Under the pieces are notes generated by a model. That model was given only the letters and a program-made list of their open reading frames with translations, searched no databases and had not been told where the DNA came from. The position numbers and the translations under genes were made by a program. This document shows positions 1 to 12,201 of a stretch of 64,000 nucleotides of DNA, in pieces; positions within the stretch are counted from its first letter, which is position 1, and each line of letters begins with the position of its first letter. The DNA is from Octopus vulgaris (Eukaryota): positions 170,314,001 to 170,378,000 of the forward strand of contig OX597814.1 in assembly GCA_951406725.2 (NCBI GenBank), written 5' to 3'.

Positions 1-90
1 CAAATGTGCCATGCAGTGGGACTGAACCCAGAGTTATGTGGTTAAAACAAACGTAGCAAACATCTTTCCACACAGCCACATCTGCACCTG
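1..90 (-). mobile_element. 5' head of SINE group A (tRNA-derived), cut by window edge
   Basis: Matches reverse complement of the head at 12202 (gggactgaaccc B-box complement; ccacacagccac A-box complement). Confidence 0.75.
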
Positions 91-355
91 TGTATGCTAC
101 TTCAAATGACATCATATGTAGAACAAACATTTCTCTTTTGTTGACTCAGTGTCAAATGGGCCATATTCTGTGGGCACAAATGTCTGTAATTTGAACTGGC
201 AAACTCCGGAGGGCTGTGTCAGCAATTAGGTACACCTGGTGAGCACAGCAGCAGCTCATCAAATACAGACTGGCTGAGACTCAGTGCATTTCAAGCCAGA
301 GCACGAAAAATAAAAATATCACTGTAGTTATGTGTTAAAATGTAAAGTGGTTACC

Positions 356-381
356 ATATATATATTTATATACACACATAC

Positions 382-412
<31 letters not shown>

Positions 413-423
413 CATATATATAC

Positions 424-468
<45 letters not shown>

Positions 469-657
469 CATACATACATACATACATATACATACATACA
501 TACATATACATACATACATATATATATACATACATATATATATATACATACATATATATATATACATACATATATATATATACATACATATATATATACA
601 TACATACATATATATATATACATACATACATATATATATACATACATACATATATAT

Positions 658-710
<53 letters not shown>

Positions 711-722
711 TATAAATATATG
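356..722. repeat. Compound (TA)n/(CATA)n microsatellite
   Basis: Directly visible; source of the YI/HTYI low-complexity ORFs. Confidence 0.97.
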
Positions 723-1051
723 CACCCACACTCATATGTGTTTTTTTTTGTGCATTTTGTCAAAATTGCAGACAGTCTGTTTATTTCCTTTGCTGTTGTT
801 GTTGTTGGGTGTTCTTATGCTCTTCTCTTTGTTAATGATGATACTACTACTGTTGATGCTGTAAATACCATTGCTAGTATTGCTACCAATGTTAGTGTTC
901 ATATTGTCACTGCTTGTTCCTAGCAATTCAAACCTTGTTAACCAAAAAGATGGTGCATGTTTTTTGTATAACAATGAACACAATAATCCACTTCTAGGAG
1001 TGTTCTTTGAGCATTTTGAGATTTGTGTATGTCTGTCTAGATAGTCTGTAT

Positions 1052-1253
1052 ATAGTCATCAACTGTCAGTTAGCTTTCACCTAAAAGATACATTAATACC
1101 AGAAACATTGCTATACATATGCACACACAAAGATTCACTTGCATAGAAACACATATACACTTATACATTTATTTGCATATAAACACATATATGTATATAT
1201 ATATGGTATTAATGTATCTTTTAGGTGAAAGCTAACTGACAGTTGCTGACTAT
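1052..1253. repeat. Inverted repeat, perfect 42-bp core (1060-1101 / 1204-1245) around a TA/CA-rich spacer
   Basis: caactgtcagttagctttcacctaaaagatacattaatacca is the exact reverse complement of 1204-1245. Confidence 0.9.
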
Positions 1254-2375
1254 CTCTGTAGTATGTTGTGTAAAAATGTCTTTTCTGTTGATAACAATGG
1301 AGAAAGATCTGTACTTTGAGGGCATTGTGTGTAGAATGAGCCATGTTGATGACAATGTGTGTAGAATGAGTATTATTTGTTTGATGACATCATGTATAGA
1401 AAAATCTGGACCTCAAGTAGCATTGTGTTTAAAATGAGTGATATTCTTCAAGCAGCTATGTTCATGATCCTAACTGTGTTAGGACTGTCAGTTATTAGGT
1501 GTGCCTGTTGATATAACAGCCCAGTAATCACTGACAGGTTGACAGTTTACTCAATTCAAGCAGGAGTGTATAAAGTAAAACTGCTAACCCAAATTTGCAT
1601 TCCACTACATCACAAAATTTAGTCTACCCTTCTTCAGGAGCAGTTCCTTACATTATTATTATTATTATTATTAAGGAAATTATTTATTTATTTGATTCTT
1701 CTGCTGCTAATTACTGAACCTTGAACAAGACTAGAGCTTATCAATCAAATAAACTATCAAGGAGGTGTGTAATGCAATTTTGCAACAAGGCTTGATTTCA
1801 TTGGTGTGTAGCTAAGCAGTCTATAGTTTCTCATAAAAGTAAGGATTTGCAAATGTTAGAAGCTTTATCCTCTCTTCGTGTTATGACTCAGATTTATAAC
1901 AATTAGTAATTTTATAACCCATAACCATTACAGCAATTAGCAATAAGGTTACTGGAGTACTTCGTCACATAGTCATGAGGTGAAGCCCTACTTCAGCATT
2001 ATATTTCATTGCTTATTAACTCTGTAACTTTTACTGTTATGTCATGGCTGAGTGATTAGCAGCAGAAAGAACTACCTAATATAAAACAAATCTTCCAACA
2101 AAGTAAAAATGATTTCATCCTTCTTTATTCTTTGTTGTCATCAAGATTTTAGCATACTGTAGACATTTGTGACCATAGTTTATTAGTTTTATTACATTAT
2201 GTGCTTTTGTAATTTATTGCTTATTGCCTTATGTGCTTCCATACATTATTTATCATTTTATTTACTTAGATGTTTGTGTACTTGGTTACCTCAGTGTTCA
2301 TTATTTAAATTATCCACTGGGGCTGTAGATTGGCAGAATTGGTAGCACTAACTAATGAAATATCTTGTGGTATCA

Positions 2376-2520
2376 ACATCATCATCATTATGTTTTCCAT
2401 GCTGACATGGATTGGAATTTTTTGACAGGATCCAGCAAGTCATGGAACTGTATCAGCTTTGGCATGCTTTCTACTGTTGGCTACCCTTTCTAATACTAAC
2501 CACTTTACTGTGTGTCTGTG
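2376..2520 (-). mobile_element. Degenerate RTE-LINE 3' end (family B)
   Basis: (CAT)n then ttccatgctgacatgggttgg...taaccacttt, as in better copies at 27845 and 45199. Confidence 0.6.
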
Positions 2521-3534
2521 TGTATTAAGCGCTACTTTTTCTTTTTGTGCCACTGGCTCTTGCAAGACAAAGAAGGAACAGTAAAAAGCCTCCTTGGCTA
2601 AATTGGGTAGAGAAAATTATTTGAGAGGGAGAAGTAACTTTATACCAGGTGTTAAGAGGCTAAAGTATGGTAGATTTACAAGCACAGGTGTCTTGCTATA
2701 GAAAAGATACATAATTACCCTGCATTATATAAGAGTGGGTGAATGTAGCTGGGAAGATGGGAAGAAGATAAAGATGCTAGTGATGGAGTGCCTAATCATA
2801 TATCTTATCATCCTGAGTTCAGATTCTGTGAGGCTGACTATGCCTTTTAGGATCGATAAAAGAATTTACATTCATGTACTAAAGCTGATATAATTGGCTG
2901 TGTCTTCCGACCAGAATGTGCAGTCTTTTGTCTGTGCTAGAAGTCATTATTTAAATTGTTCATTATATTGCATTAACTATTGTCAGCAAACTGCCATTAA
3001 AAGGTAATTTAAATTTCTATATGCTTGTGTGATTTGTACTTTTAAGCAATCACATACAAGAAAACATTGTTGGAAGAAGCTTTTGTTGATGTTGCACGTA
3101 GTCTTTATAACAGAAAATAGATGGCATAATGAAATACATGTCAACTTTGAGTTACTGTATTCTTATGTTAATGGTAACTTATTGTGTATTGTAATGGAGT
3201 AGGATTTTGGGTAACCCCAGGTTAGCCATGATAAAATGGCATTCCAGCCATGGCCAGCCTACATTTTTGTTTTTCAGGCACAGTTTATCTTGAACAACAT
3301 TATCTGATGTGTCCGTTCCTTTCAAAAGAAAGTAATTAGAATAATTTTAGAAAGATTTTGTTGCTATTTCTTGTACATAAATGCTATATCGTTGATTCAA
3401 TAATGTAAGAAGTATGGAAGTGCAATTTGCTGCTGTTTATAGCCAAAGGCCAGCCCATATACGAGTAGACTTATGCTACAAGTTGTCAAAGATGTAATCA
3501 TCTTGTCTTTTTTCATCAGGCAATGCTGGTGATA

Positions 3535-3706
3535 TTTTAAAGACACCTAGTACACTCTTTGGAGTGATTGGCATAAAGAAGGGCATCCAGCCACAGAAAC
3601 CAAGCCAAAATGGACTGGATCCTTGTGCAACTCTCCAGCTTACCAGTTCCAGTCAAACCATCTAACCCATGTCAGCATGGAAAACAAATGCTAAATGATG
3701 ATGATT
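3535..3706 (+). mobile_element. RTE-LINE 3' end (family B)
   Basis: gaagggcatccagc...aacccatgtcagcatggaaaac...aaatgatgatgat. Confidence 0.7.
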
Positions 3707-5036
3707 CATCTTGGATTTTTATTATCCTTTGCATTCTCTCTCTTTTTTTTTTTTATTCCTTCATAGTGTGAGTCGAGGAAAATTTATCTTCAAGTTTTTG
3801 AAGGTTGAATGATTGCAGATATGCTTCCTCGTCTTGATTTAGGGTTTTTGTCAAGATTGCTACCAATATTTCATGTTTCAAGTAATTATTTTTTGCCTCA
3901 TATCTCCAGAAATATTTTTATTCGTTTTGTTTCCATCTTATGAATTTAGTCTTCATATGACAAGAGGAAAGAGGGATGGAGATTACCATGGTTACTTCAG
4001 AATAGATTTAAAAACAATATGGTATTGCCAGCAGTGGTGATTATTTTGCTGCTTGCTATGGAAGTTTGCTTAGGAAGGAAGGATTTCTGTTTATTAACTG
4101 GTGCTGTTAGTTTTAAATATTTAGCTGTAATTCTCTGATATCATCCCAGATTAATGTTAACATTTAATTAAAATATCATTTCCTGTGTTGACAAAATATT
4201 GTTAGGCCTACTCAAATATATTTCACATAAATTGCTGACTTTATATGGTACAATGTTGACTGGAAGAAATTGTGAATTCTCTCATTCATTGTCACTGTCA
4301 TTAAAGTACAGTGTACTTTGTTAAATTACTGTTTGCAAACAGAAATCTTATAAGCTAAGCTAGCAGCAGTTATTCTATTTGAAGTATATCATGAACTCTA
4401 TCCAGTGCATATAAGCTAAGACTAAATTATCTGAAAATTTGTTTATTTAATGGTTTATTGTATTATTCATATGACTGTTTATAAGACCACATTTAGAGGA
4501 GCGTGAAAAACAAGATTGTGTAACCTTTATATTTTTTACTTGTGAGAGTCTCCCCCAAGCTGTTTCACCTGTTAGAAATAGCAACCAAATCTTGCCTAGG
4601 TCACACTCTATATTGCTAGGAAACCAACCAAAAACACATTGGATAGCGTGGGCCAGATACTTGCTCAAACGAGGCACCAGTACTATCATCAACATAGCTG
4701 TGAAAGAGTTAAAAGTGGAAAAAAGAAAAGTAGAAACTTAATCTGCTTGATTTCTTTGTTTTTCCATATAAAAAAAAACCTAAACAACATAAAAACACAA
4801 TAATTCAGTTTATATAACTTACTAGTACACTGTCAAAAGTGCTAGTAAATGTCAGAAACCTTCTCTTTTTATGGAGCATCAAACTAATACATTCCATGTG
4901 CACATCCTCTTGTTTTGTTATTGTTATTTTTAATGTTCGATTATTCGATTTTATTAGCATGTCTATTATTGATGAAGTTTGTTGGTTTCAAAAGTTTAAA
5001 CAATATGATTGACTTAGGTTGGTCATTAGTTTTAGG

Positions 5037-5148
5037 CAGAGCTGTGGAGTTGAAACAAAAAAATCTCCAACTCCTATGTAATTAGGTAATTGTTGTCTAT
5101 TTTACTGACTCTGACTACCCCTTAATTGTTTCTGACTCCACAGCCCTG
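5037..5148. mobile_element. hAT-type MITE, 112 bp
   Basis: Imperfect TIRs CAGAGCTGTGGAGT / ACTCCACAGCCCTG; perfect 8-bp TSD GTTTTAGG at 5029-5036 and 5149-5156. Confidence 0.85.
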
Positions 5149-5227
5149 GTTTTAGGGTATACATGGTTAGATCTTAACCCCATTTCCATAGTGTATAAGT
5201 GACTGAGATTACAGTTGTTAATGCTGA

Positions 5228-5545
5228 AGGCTCATGGCTTAGTGGTTAGGGCATTCAGCTCATGACTGCAAGGTCGCAAGTTCAATTCCTGGTGGTACAT
5301 TGTGTTGTTGAGCAAGGCGCTTTATTTCATGTCGCCCCAGTCCACTCAGCTGGCATAAACAAGTAGAACCTGTAATTCAGTGGGCCAGCCATGTCACATT
5401 CCGTATCATGTTGAATCTCCCTGAGAGCTACATTAAGGGTACATGTGTTTGTGGAGTGCTCGGTCACTTGCATGTTAATTTCACAAGAAGGCCATTCCAT
5501 TGATCAGATCAACCAGAACACTTGTTGGAACCAACAAAGTTTCGG
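5228..5545 (+). mobile_element. tRNA-derived SINE group D
   Basis: A box TGGCTTAGTGG, B box GTTCAATTCC, then tgagcaaggcgctttatttcatg...ccagtccactcagctgg shared with 8264 and 53808. Confidence 0.75.
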
Positions 5546-5811
5546 TTAACTCTTATCTGTTTTTCATGTAAGGGGTCTATTATTCTATATGCCTTTGTAA
5601 ATACAAATCCCAGGGAGGATTTTTTTGATAGGGAAAATGACAACATTATTACTCACTCCCTCCAATCTCTGACCCATTCACTGTCACCACCATCCTCTCT
5701 AAGGCAGCTTTGTTTCCTCTCTAAAGCAAGACTCCTTTTTCTTCCCCTCAATACTACTCCTCATGCCACTATTCAGTTTAGGGGTCTTGTCTTGCAAGTT
5801 ACTTGTTGACT

Positions 5812-5950
5812 TCATTCTGTAAAGTGGTTGGCATTAAGAAGGGCATCCAGCTGTAGAAACCATGTCAAAGTAGACAAGTGGGATTGGTGCAGTCTTCTGA
5901 CTTGCCAGTTCCTGTGGAACCATCCAACCCAAACCAGCATGGAAAATGAC
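5812..5950 (+). mobile_element. RTE-LINE 3' end (family B)
   Basis: gtggttggcattaagaagggcatccagctgtagaaacc...ccagcatggaaaa. Confidence 0.7.
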
Positions 5951-6119
5951 AACAGTTATCCCTTGGTTCACATGGTAGATTAGTTTCACTTGTTACCATA
6001 TAACTTGGAATTGTGTAAATCTAAGGAAATGCAATTTTTTAAAATATATTATCAGCAAAAAACAAAAACCCACACTGGTGGTGTTGATAGAATATTGTTT
6101 TAAGAAACCAGTAGTTTCT

Positions 6120-6152
<33 letters not shown>

Positions 6153-6673
6153 GCACTACATAGTGCCGACCAGCAAAAATAATTCAGGAAACATGTTGCA
6201 AGCAGCAAAACGCACTATATAAAAACTGATAATGAGTGTCATGTTAACTGTCAGTGGTTGTCTTAAAACCTTAGCATGAAGTTTGGAGAGGTATATTTTA
6301 AAAGCCAACAGAGGCTAATCAACTCTATGGTGGCTGTGTCTGATTAAGAAAAGTCATGCAATTATCTTAATTGAGTGTACTTGATTCAGGTGACTATTTA
6401 TTGATTGGTTGGTTTATTTTCTCATAATTAAATTCTTCAAAGTCTTTCATTCGCACATCTATACTATTCGATCATTGATGATTCTGTGAAATATATTTAG
6501 GTAACAACCTTCCACCCAACCAATTAGGGTCTTTTGCCATATGTTGTTTTTATTTTTAAATAAACATTGAAACATTTACTGTTAATCAAATTACATTTTT
6601 CTTTTTAATTATATGTCGTGTTTATTTAAAACTAAGTGTGGACTCACATGCAGTTAGTATTTGAAAGAAGAAT

Positions 6674-7126
6674 AGGTGCAGGTATGGTTGTGTGGTTGAG
6701 AAGCTTGCTTCCCAATCACATGGTCTTGGGTTCAGTCCCATTGTGTGGCATCTTGGGTGAGTACCTCCTTAGTATAGCCTTGGGCTGACCAGGACCTTGT
6801 GAGTGGATTTAATTGGCAGAAACTGAAAGAATCCCATCTGTGTGTGTGTGTACATAGTCCTGTCCTGACATCATGTGCTGGTCGTAAACAAGCATCACCA
6901 TCATGTAAGCTTTTTTTATATTTTATGTCTTCTGTAGAAGGACATATCTGGCCATGGGAAGTTGTTCCTTGGTTAGACAAGTGAGGATTGACAATAGGAA
7001 GAGTACCCAGGTGTAGAAAATCTGCTTTAAAAAATTCTGCCTGACCTATGCAAACATAGAGAAATGGACATTAAATTCTGTCTGACCTATGCAAACATGG
7101 AAAAGTGGACATTAAATGATGATGAA
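6674..7126 (+). mobile_element. SINE A2 (group A head plus RTE-type tail) with 41-bp tandem duplication of the tail
   Basis: Head as at 12202; after (TG)n the body differs and ends catggaaaagtggacattaaatgatgatg; 7032-7072 repeated at 7073-7113. Confidence 0.8.
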
Positions 7127-7180
7127 TACAAGAGTTAACATTTGGTAGGTTTTAGATGAAGGCTAATGTATGAAGATTCA

Positions 7181-7386
7181 CCCTTTAGCATTTAAACCAG
7201 CCATGTTCAGCCAAAATATTCTACCTGTTTTCATCTTCAAATTAGCCCGATCTGGCCTCTCACACCTATCCTACAATGTCACATTAAAAATATACAATCA
7301 CATCATCGTGAGATAATGCATGATTAATTCAAAATAATGTGAATATATAAGCATAACATTGTGACAGTATTCTGAATGCTCAACAG
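7181..7386. mobile_element. piggyBac-like MITE family E (degenerate)
   Basis: ccctttagcattt... ends gaatgctcaacagTTAA; homologous to 47677-47896. Confidence 0.7.
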
Positions 7387-7626
7387 TTAAATAGTAGGTC
7401 TGACATAGGACAACAAGATAAATGCCTGACATGCCAACTCAAAGCTGCCTTCAATTCACTTAGTTTATATGTCTATTTCTTGAAAAAAGGCAACCAAGTT
7501 CCTAAAAAGTCTGTCACTGCTTCTGGTAATTTTTTTTTTTTTTTGTTCTATAATTCTTAAGTTTCATAGTTATTTAGTGAGGGCAGTGAGAAATCCTTCC
7601 AGTGTATGCAGATGTTTAATCTAGAG

Positions 7627-7810
7627 CAGTGCTCTGCAACCTTTTTTCACTTGCAGTACACTTACATTTTTTTGAAAATTCGTTGGCACATCTGAACTAA
7701 AAATATAACTAAAAGCATAGGGAAAAAATTATATTCAGGTTACTCTGCGGCACACCTAGCATCACCTTGTGGCACACCAGTGTGCTATGGCATACTGTTG
7801 CAGAGCACTG
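7627..7810. mobile_element. hAT (Charlie-like) MITE, 184 bp
   Basis: Perfect 14-bp TIR CAGTGCTCTGCAAC / GTTGCAGAGCACTG; flanks atctagag / gtctaagg resemble a decayed NTCTAGAN TSD. Confidence 0.8.
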
Positions 7811-7958
7811 GTCTAAGGTCAGCTCTAATCGAGCAGATCTATGTCCAAATGCATTCCAGCCATGACTGCATCGTCTTTTCAAAAGTATGTAAGGGCTACA
7901 TTATCCAGTTTGTCCTTTTTAAAAACAGTGTACTGTTGTATACTATCTTATATAGTGA

Positions 7959-8225
7959 AGGCACATGGCCTAGTGATTAGGTGTTGCATTAATGATTGTA
8001 AGATTGTGGTTTCAATTCCCTGCATTGTGTTCTTGAGCAAAAAAACACTTCAGTTCACATTGCTCTGACATCTGACATGTGGTACACCATGCACCTGTGC
8101 AGACAAAATCAATCTGGAGGGGGTAAGTGAATGTACAGCAAAAGCATTTAATCACTATAAACAAATCATTTGTGCAGGATCTTCAGCAAGAAATAGCAGA
8201 ACTCTCATCTGTTTTCTACGACATG
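7959..8225 (+). mobile_element. SINE group D (older copy)
   Basis: catggcctagtgattagg...tttcaattccc...tgtgttcttgagcaaaa. Confidence 0.65.
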
Positions 8226-8263
8226 ATACTGTTTGATTGTTTGAATATTATACTGGCTCATGT

Positions 8264-8598
8264 GAAGGTGCATGGCTCAGTGGTTAGAGCATCGAGCTTA
8301 CGATTGTGAGGTTGTGAGTTCGAATCCCGGACCAGACTGCGTGTTGTGTTCTTGAGCAAGACACTTTATTTCACGTTGCTCCTGTTCACTCAGCTGTAGA
8401 AATTGAGTTGCAATGTCACAGGTGCCAAACTGTATCGGCCTTTGCCTTTCCCTTGGATAACACTGGTGGCATGGAGAGGGGCGGTCGGTATGCATGGGCA
8501 ACTGCTGGTCTTCCATAAACAACCTTGCCTGGACTTTTGCCTGGGAGGGTAACTTTCTAGGTGCAATCCCATGGTCATTCATGACTGAAGGGGGTCTC
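8264..8598 (+). mobile_element. SINE group D (well preserved)
   Basis: A box TGGCTCAGTGG 8273-8283, B box GTTCGAATCC near 8318-8327, then tgtgttcttgagcaagacactttatttcacg body. Confidence 0.8.
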
Positions 8599-9189
8599 AG
8601 CATATACTGGCTCATTAGTGGTTTGGTTGCTATTTCTAGCAGGTCAGTCAACCAAATTGTCTTGTCATTCCAGTATAGTCTTCTCTGTAGTGATTTGATA
8701 TCAGAACAAGTTACATATAAAATAAATGTACTTCTAAAACAGAAAGTAGTGCATCAGAAATGTTTAAAGGCTTAGATAGCATAACAACCAAAAACGTATA
8801 TGAGAATAGTCTTTCAAATATAAATAAGCAAGAATTCTTTCTTTGTTGGGGTACATCATAAAAGCAAAATGTATTTACAGAATGTATGCATTAAAACTAT
8901 TTATGAAGGCCACAGTTTGTAATTATAGTTTACTAAAAGTTCAGTGTCTAACTGGATCAGTTTTTTTTTTTTTTTTAAAGAACCTGTAGAAGTCTACTGG
9001 TTTTAAGACGTTAAGTGGATTTTTGTTGCAACTGACAGCAAAAAGGCAGATTGTAAGATGATTGGGCTACACCATTAAGTACTTCTGAAAAATATAGACA
9101 GGTAAAGTAGAGGGGCCTGTAGCATCTAAAAGGAATGAAGTGTGGATTCATTGGATGTAGAATGCAAACTTATGGAATGTATTGATTTT

Positions 9190-9420
9190 GGATAATCAGC
9201 TAATGTATGCCAGTAAGAGACAACCGAGCTATTATGGACATGTAATGTGAATGGAAGGTGAGAGCTGGGTGAAAACATACTGTCTGCTGCTGACAGTGAA
9301 AGGTACCTGCAGCAGAGAGAGGATATGAGAAGTAGTAAGGTCAGATATCTGGATGTTGGGCATTGGAGACAAGATAGATGAAAATATTGAGAGAAGTGGT
9401 GACATGTAATAGAGTAGACT
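9190..9420 (+). mobile_element. Decayed RTE-LINE ORF C-terminus
   Basis: Translates (with stops) YGHVM*MEGESWVK...LTVKGTC...EVVRSD, matching RTE WYGHV-RM...V.G...RGRP..W.EV motif. Confidence 0.5.
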
Positions 9421-11377
9421 TCTCACTATCATCACTGCCATTGTGTAAGAAATAAACATTAAAATGAGGATGATAGTGAAAAAAGAAGAGACACAATTCT
9501 TTTTCCCAAACTGCATTGGACTGCCCCTTGTTCTATAATACAAATTGTGTGTTTTAAAGGCATCTAAATTAAAGCCCAACAAAATTTCATGTTAATTTAT
9601 GTTGTAAATATTAGCTTTATAACAACGAAGTTATTTTGCTAAATTTTTAATTATTTTCAAAATTAATTAAAATAAAGTCAGTGTGCTTCTTCAGAAATGT
9701 TGTCAGAAAAGTGATAAGGAATAGAAAGATGAAAGCATCATAAGAGACTCAAGTTTCTCTTTCTAAGAATTATTAGCTTTTTTTTTTTTTTCTTGTAATA
9801 TTAAATAATTAGAATTAACATATTTTGCAGCTCAGTATCTGCTGTAAATCTGGATATATTTTAACTAAAGAAAACTTGGAGAGTAATTAATAACAGTAAT
9901 TTGAGTCAACTTAAAGAGAATTGCAATCAACAGAGAAATTGTCTGATTATTATTACATAATATGATGGAGAGAACATGTATATGAAATAATCTTAACAAT
10001 CATTGAATTACTGTCAAAATGATAAATATTTAAATTTTTCAAAAAAAAAAAAAAGAAAAACCTTCTGCAATTTCACTATTCATTTATTAGAAAAATAAAT
10101 TTCCTCAGTTTTATTATGAGTTCAATTATTTTCAAATTAAATGTTATTTCTTTTACTAATACTTTAGTTGGAGATGTTTGGAGTAGCTTTAAATGATGAT
10201 AGTAAATTGGTTGTTGAGCTGGTTGTAGTTGCAATCAAATTAATCTTATTTAATTATTAATAGAAACCTGTTGAGTGACAGGTCTATCAACTTTTCAGTT
10301 CAATTGTCATATGGTTACAGTATTTGGACTATAGGCTCATTAGTCTTATTGGCATCGGGGAAGTAGCTTTACTCAGTATGTATTAAGGAAATACTTAGAA
10401 ACTTAATGTACTATGTATACACAGATCATGCAGTGGTTACATGCACAGGGTGCAGTGGAAATTCTGGTAGACTGATAGATAACCAGGACTTAAGAGGCAT
10501 GTATGAAATGAAATGCTTGAATTGCTCTGATGGTTCACTAGGAGTAGGAGATAATTTGTTTCTCAGGTGACTTAATGAGTGTTGAAGGTAGACGTAATGA
10601 TAGATCAGAATGAGATGATTGATTGTGGCTGTTTGGTTGTGAATGATTTGGTATGGCTGACTTGTTTTGGCACTGGAGGTAAACACACACGCACACACTT
10701 ATAGATGGACAGTGAGAGATATATATTGAGAAAGAAACAATTTATTAATTGAATATGAGTGGCTTAAATACTTTCCCTCTCCTCATACATGCACAAAGAC
10801 TCATGTAGCTTTCGACACACTCATACACACACACAGACGTTCGCACACATACATCACAGGCACACTTGCATGCATGCACATCACAGAACACACACACAGA
10901 AAGACAAAGACCAAGCAAGCTATTCACCTGTTCAGCTGACTCTTACATGATGCTATTAACTGTGTCGTGCCGGTTGCATTGCAGTGATGTTACACATCCG
11001 TACACTTATTACCTTTCTTCTTAGACACCACTAGAATTCGACCTCAAAATCATATGCTTTGTCCTAGGATTCCTATATTTGAACTGTGAGGAATTACCGA
11101 GATGTCCCTGTTCAACATAGACCAGTCTTCTTAGGTCAATGTTTTGACTAAAATTGTTATTGTCGAACAGTTTTTTTTTTTTTGTTTTTGTTTTTCATGA
11201 GAGAAATATACTTACACACATAAACGGAAAGAAGAGAGTGAGAAGAACAAGAGCATTGAAACATCTGATGTCAAATTAGTATCAAATCAGCAACACTAGA
11301 TAGTCAACACCAAAATGACTGTGCCAAACATTTCTTACCTATGATAGCTTGGTTGAAATTTAGAGAGCTGGTACCTA

Positions 11378-11572
11378 TACTCTTTTACTCGTTTCAGTCA
11401 TTTGACTGCGGCCATGCTGGAGCACCGCCTTTAGTCGAGCAAATTGACCCCAGGACTTATTCTTTGTAAGCCCAGTACTTATTCTATCGGTCTCTTTTGC
11501 CGAACTGCTAAGTGACAGGGACGTAAACACACCAGCATTGGTTGTCAAGCAATGCTAGGGGGACAAACACAG

Positions 11573-11629
<57 letters not shown>

Positions 11630-11795
11630 TACGACAGGCTTCTTTCAGTTTTCGTCTACCAAATCCACTCACAAGGCATTGGTCGGCCCGGGGCTATAGC
11701 AGAAGACACTTGCCCAAGATGCCACGCAGTGGGACTGATCCCGGAACCATGTGGTTGGTTAGCAAGCTACTTACCACACAGCCACTCCTGCGCCT
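11378..11795 (-). mobile_element. SINE A1, full length (tRNA head, internal microsatellite, CR1-type tail)
   Basis: Reverse complement nearly identical to 12202-12616; tail repeat GAGTAAAA. Confidence 0.92.
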
Positions 11796-12201
11796 TATGT
11801 TGGTAACAACTTTCTCAATTTTTGTAAAAGGCAAAATGTATAAAGCTGAAGGAGGTTTCTCATTCTTACTATGGTATATTTTTTTGAGAAAAATTTCTTT
11901 CTATCTTCAATCATAAAATCTTTTTTTTTTCACCAAATTGTGTTAATAAGTTATTTCTATTACAAATTATTTCCTTATTTTATTGAGATAATGTGTTTAC
12001 TTTTATTTTTCAAATTTAATATTGAAGTACAATCATTTTGTCTTACAGTTTAATATTTTTTAAAAAAAGAAAAGAAAAAATATTTTATCTTGGTGGTGGA
12101 AATTTGTAGTATTAAAGTTGCTACAGAAGTTCAAAGATCCCCAAATATTCAATAACATATTTTGATAGGACACAAACAAATTTTTCTCAGAAATAATACA
12201 T

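Noticed and set aside
328-763. Long YI/CM/HT-rich ORFs (also 21293-21661, 28895-29370, 50087-50402)
   Set aside because: Translations of TA/CA microsatellites that lack stops by chance.
8264-8345. Possible tRNA gene
   Set aside because: A and B boxes present but cloverleaf stems are broken and sequence runs into a repeat body; it is a SINE head.
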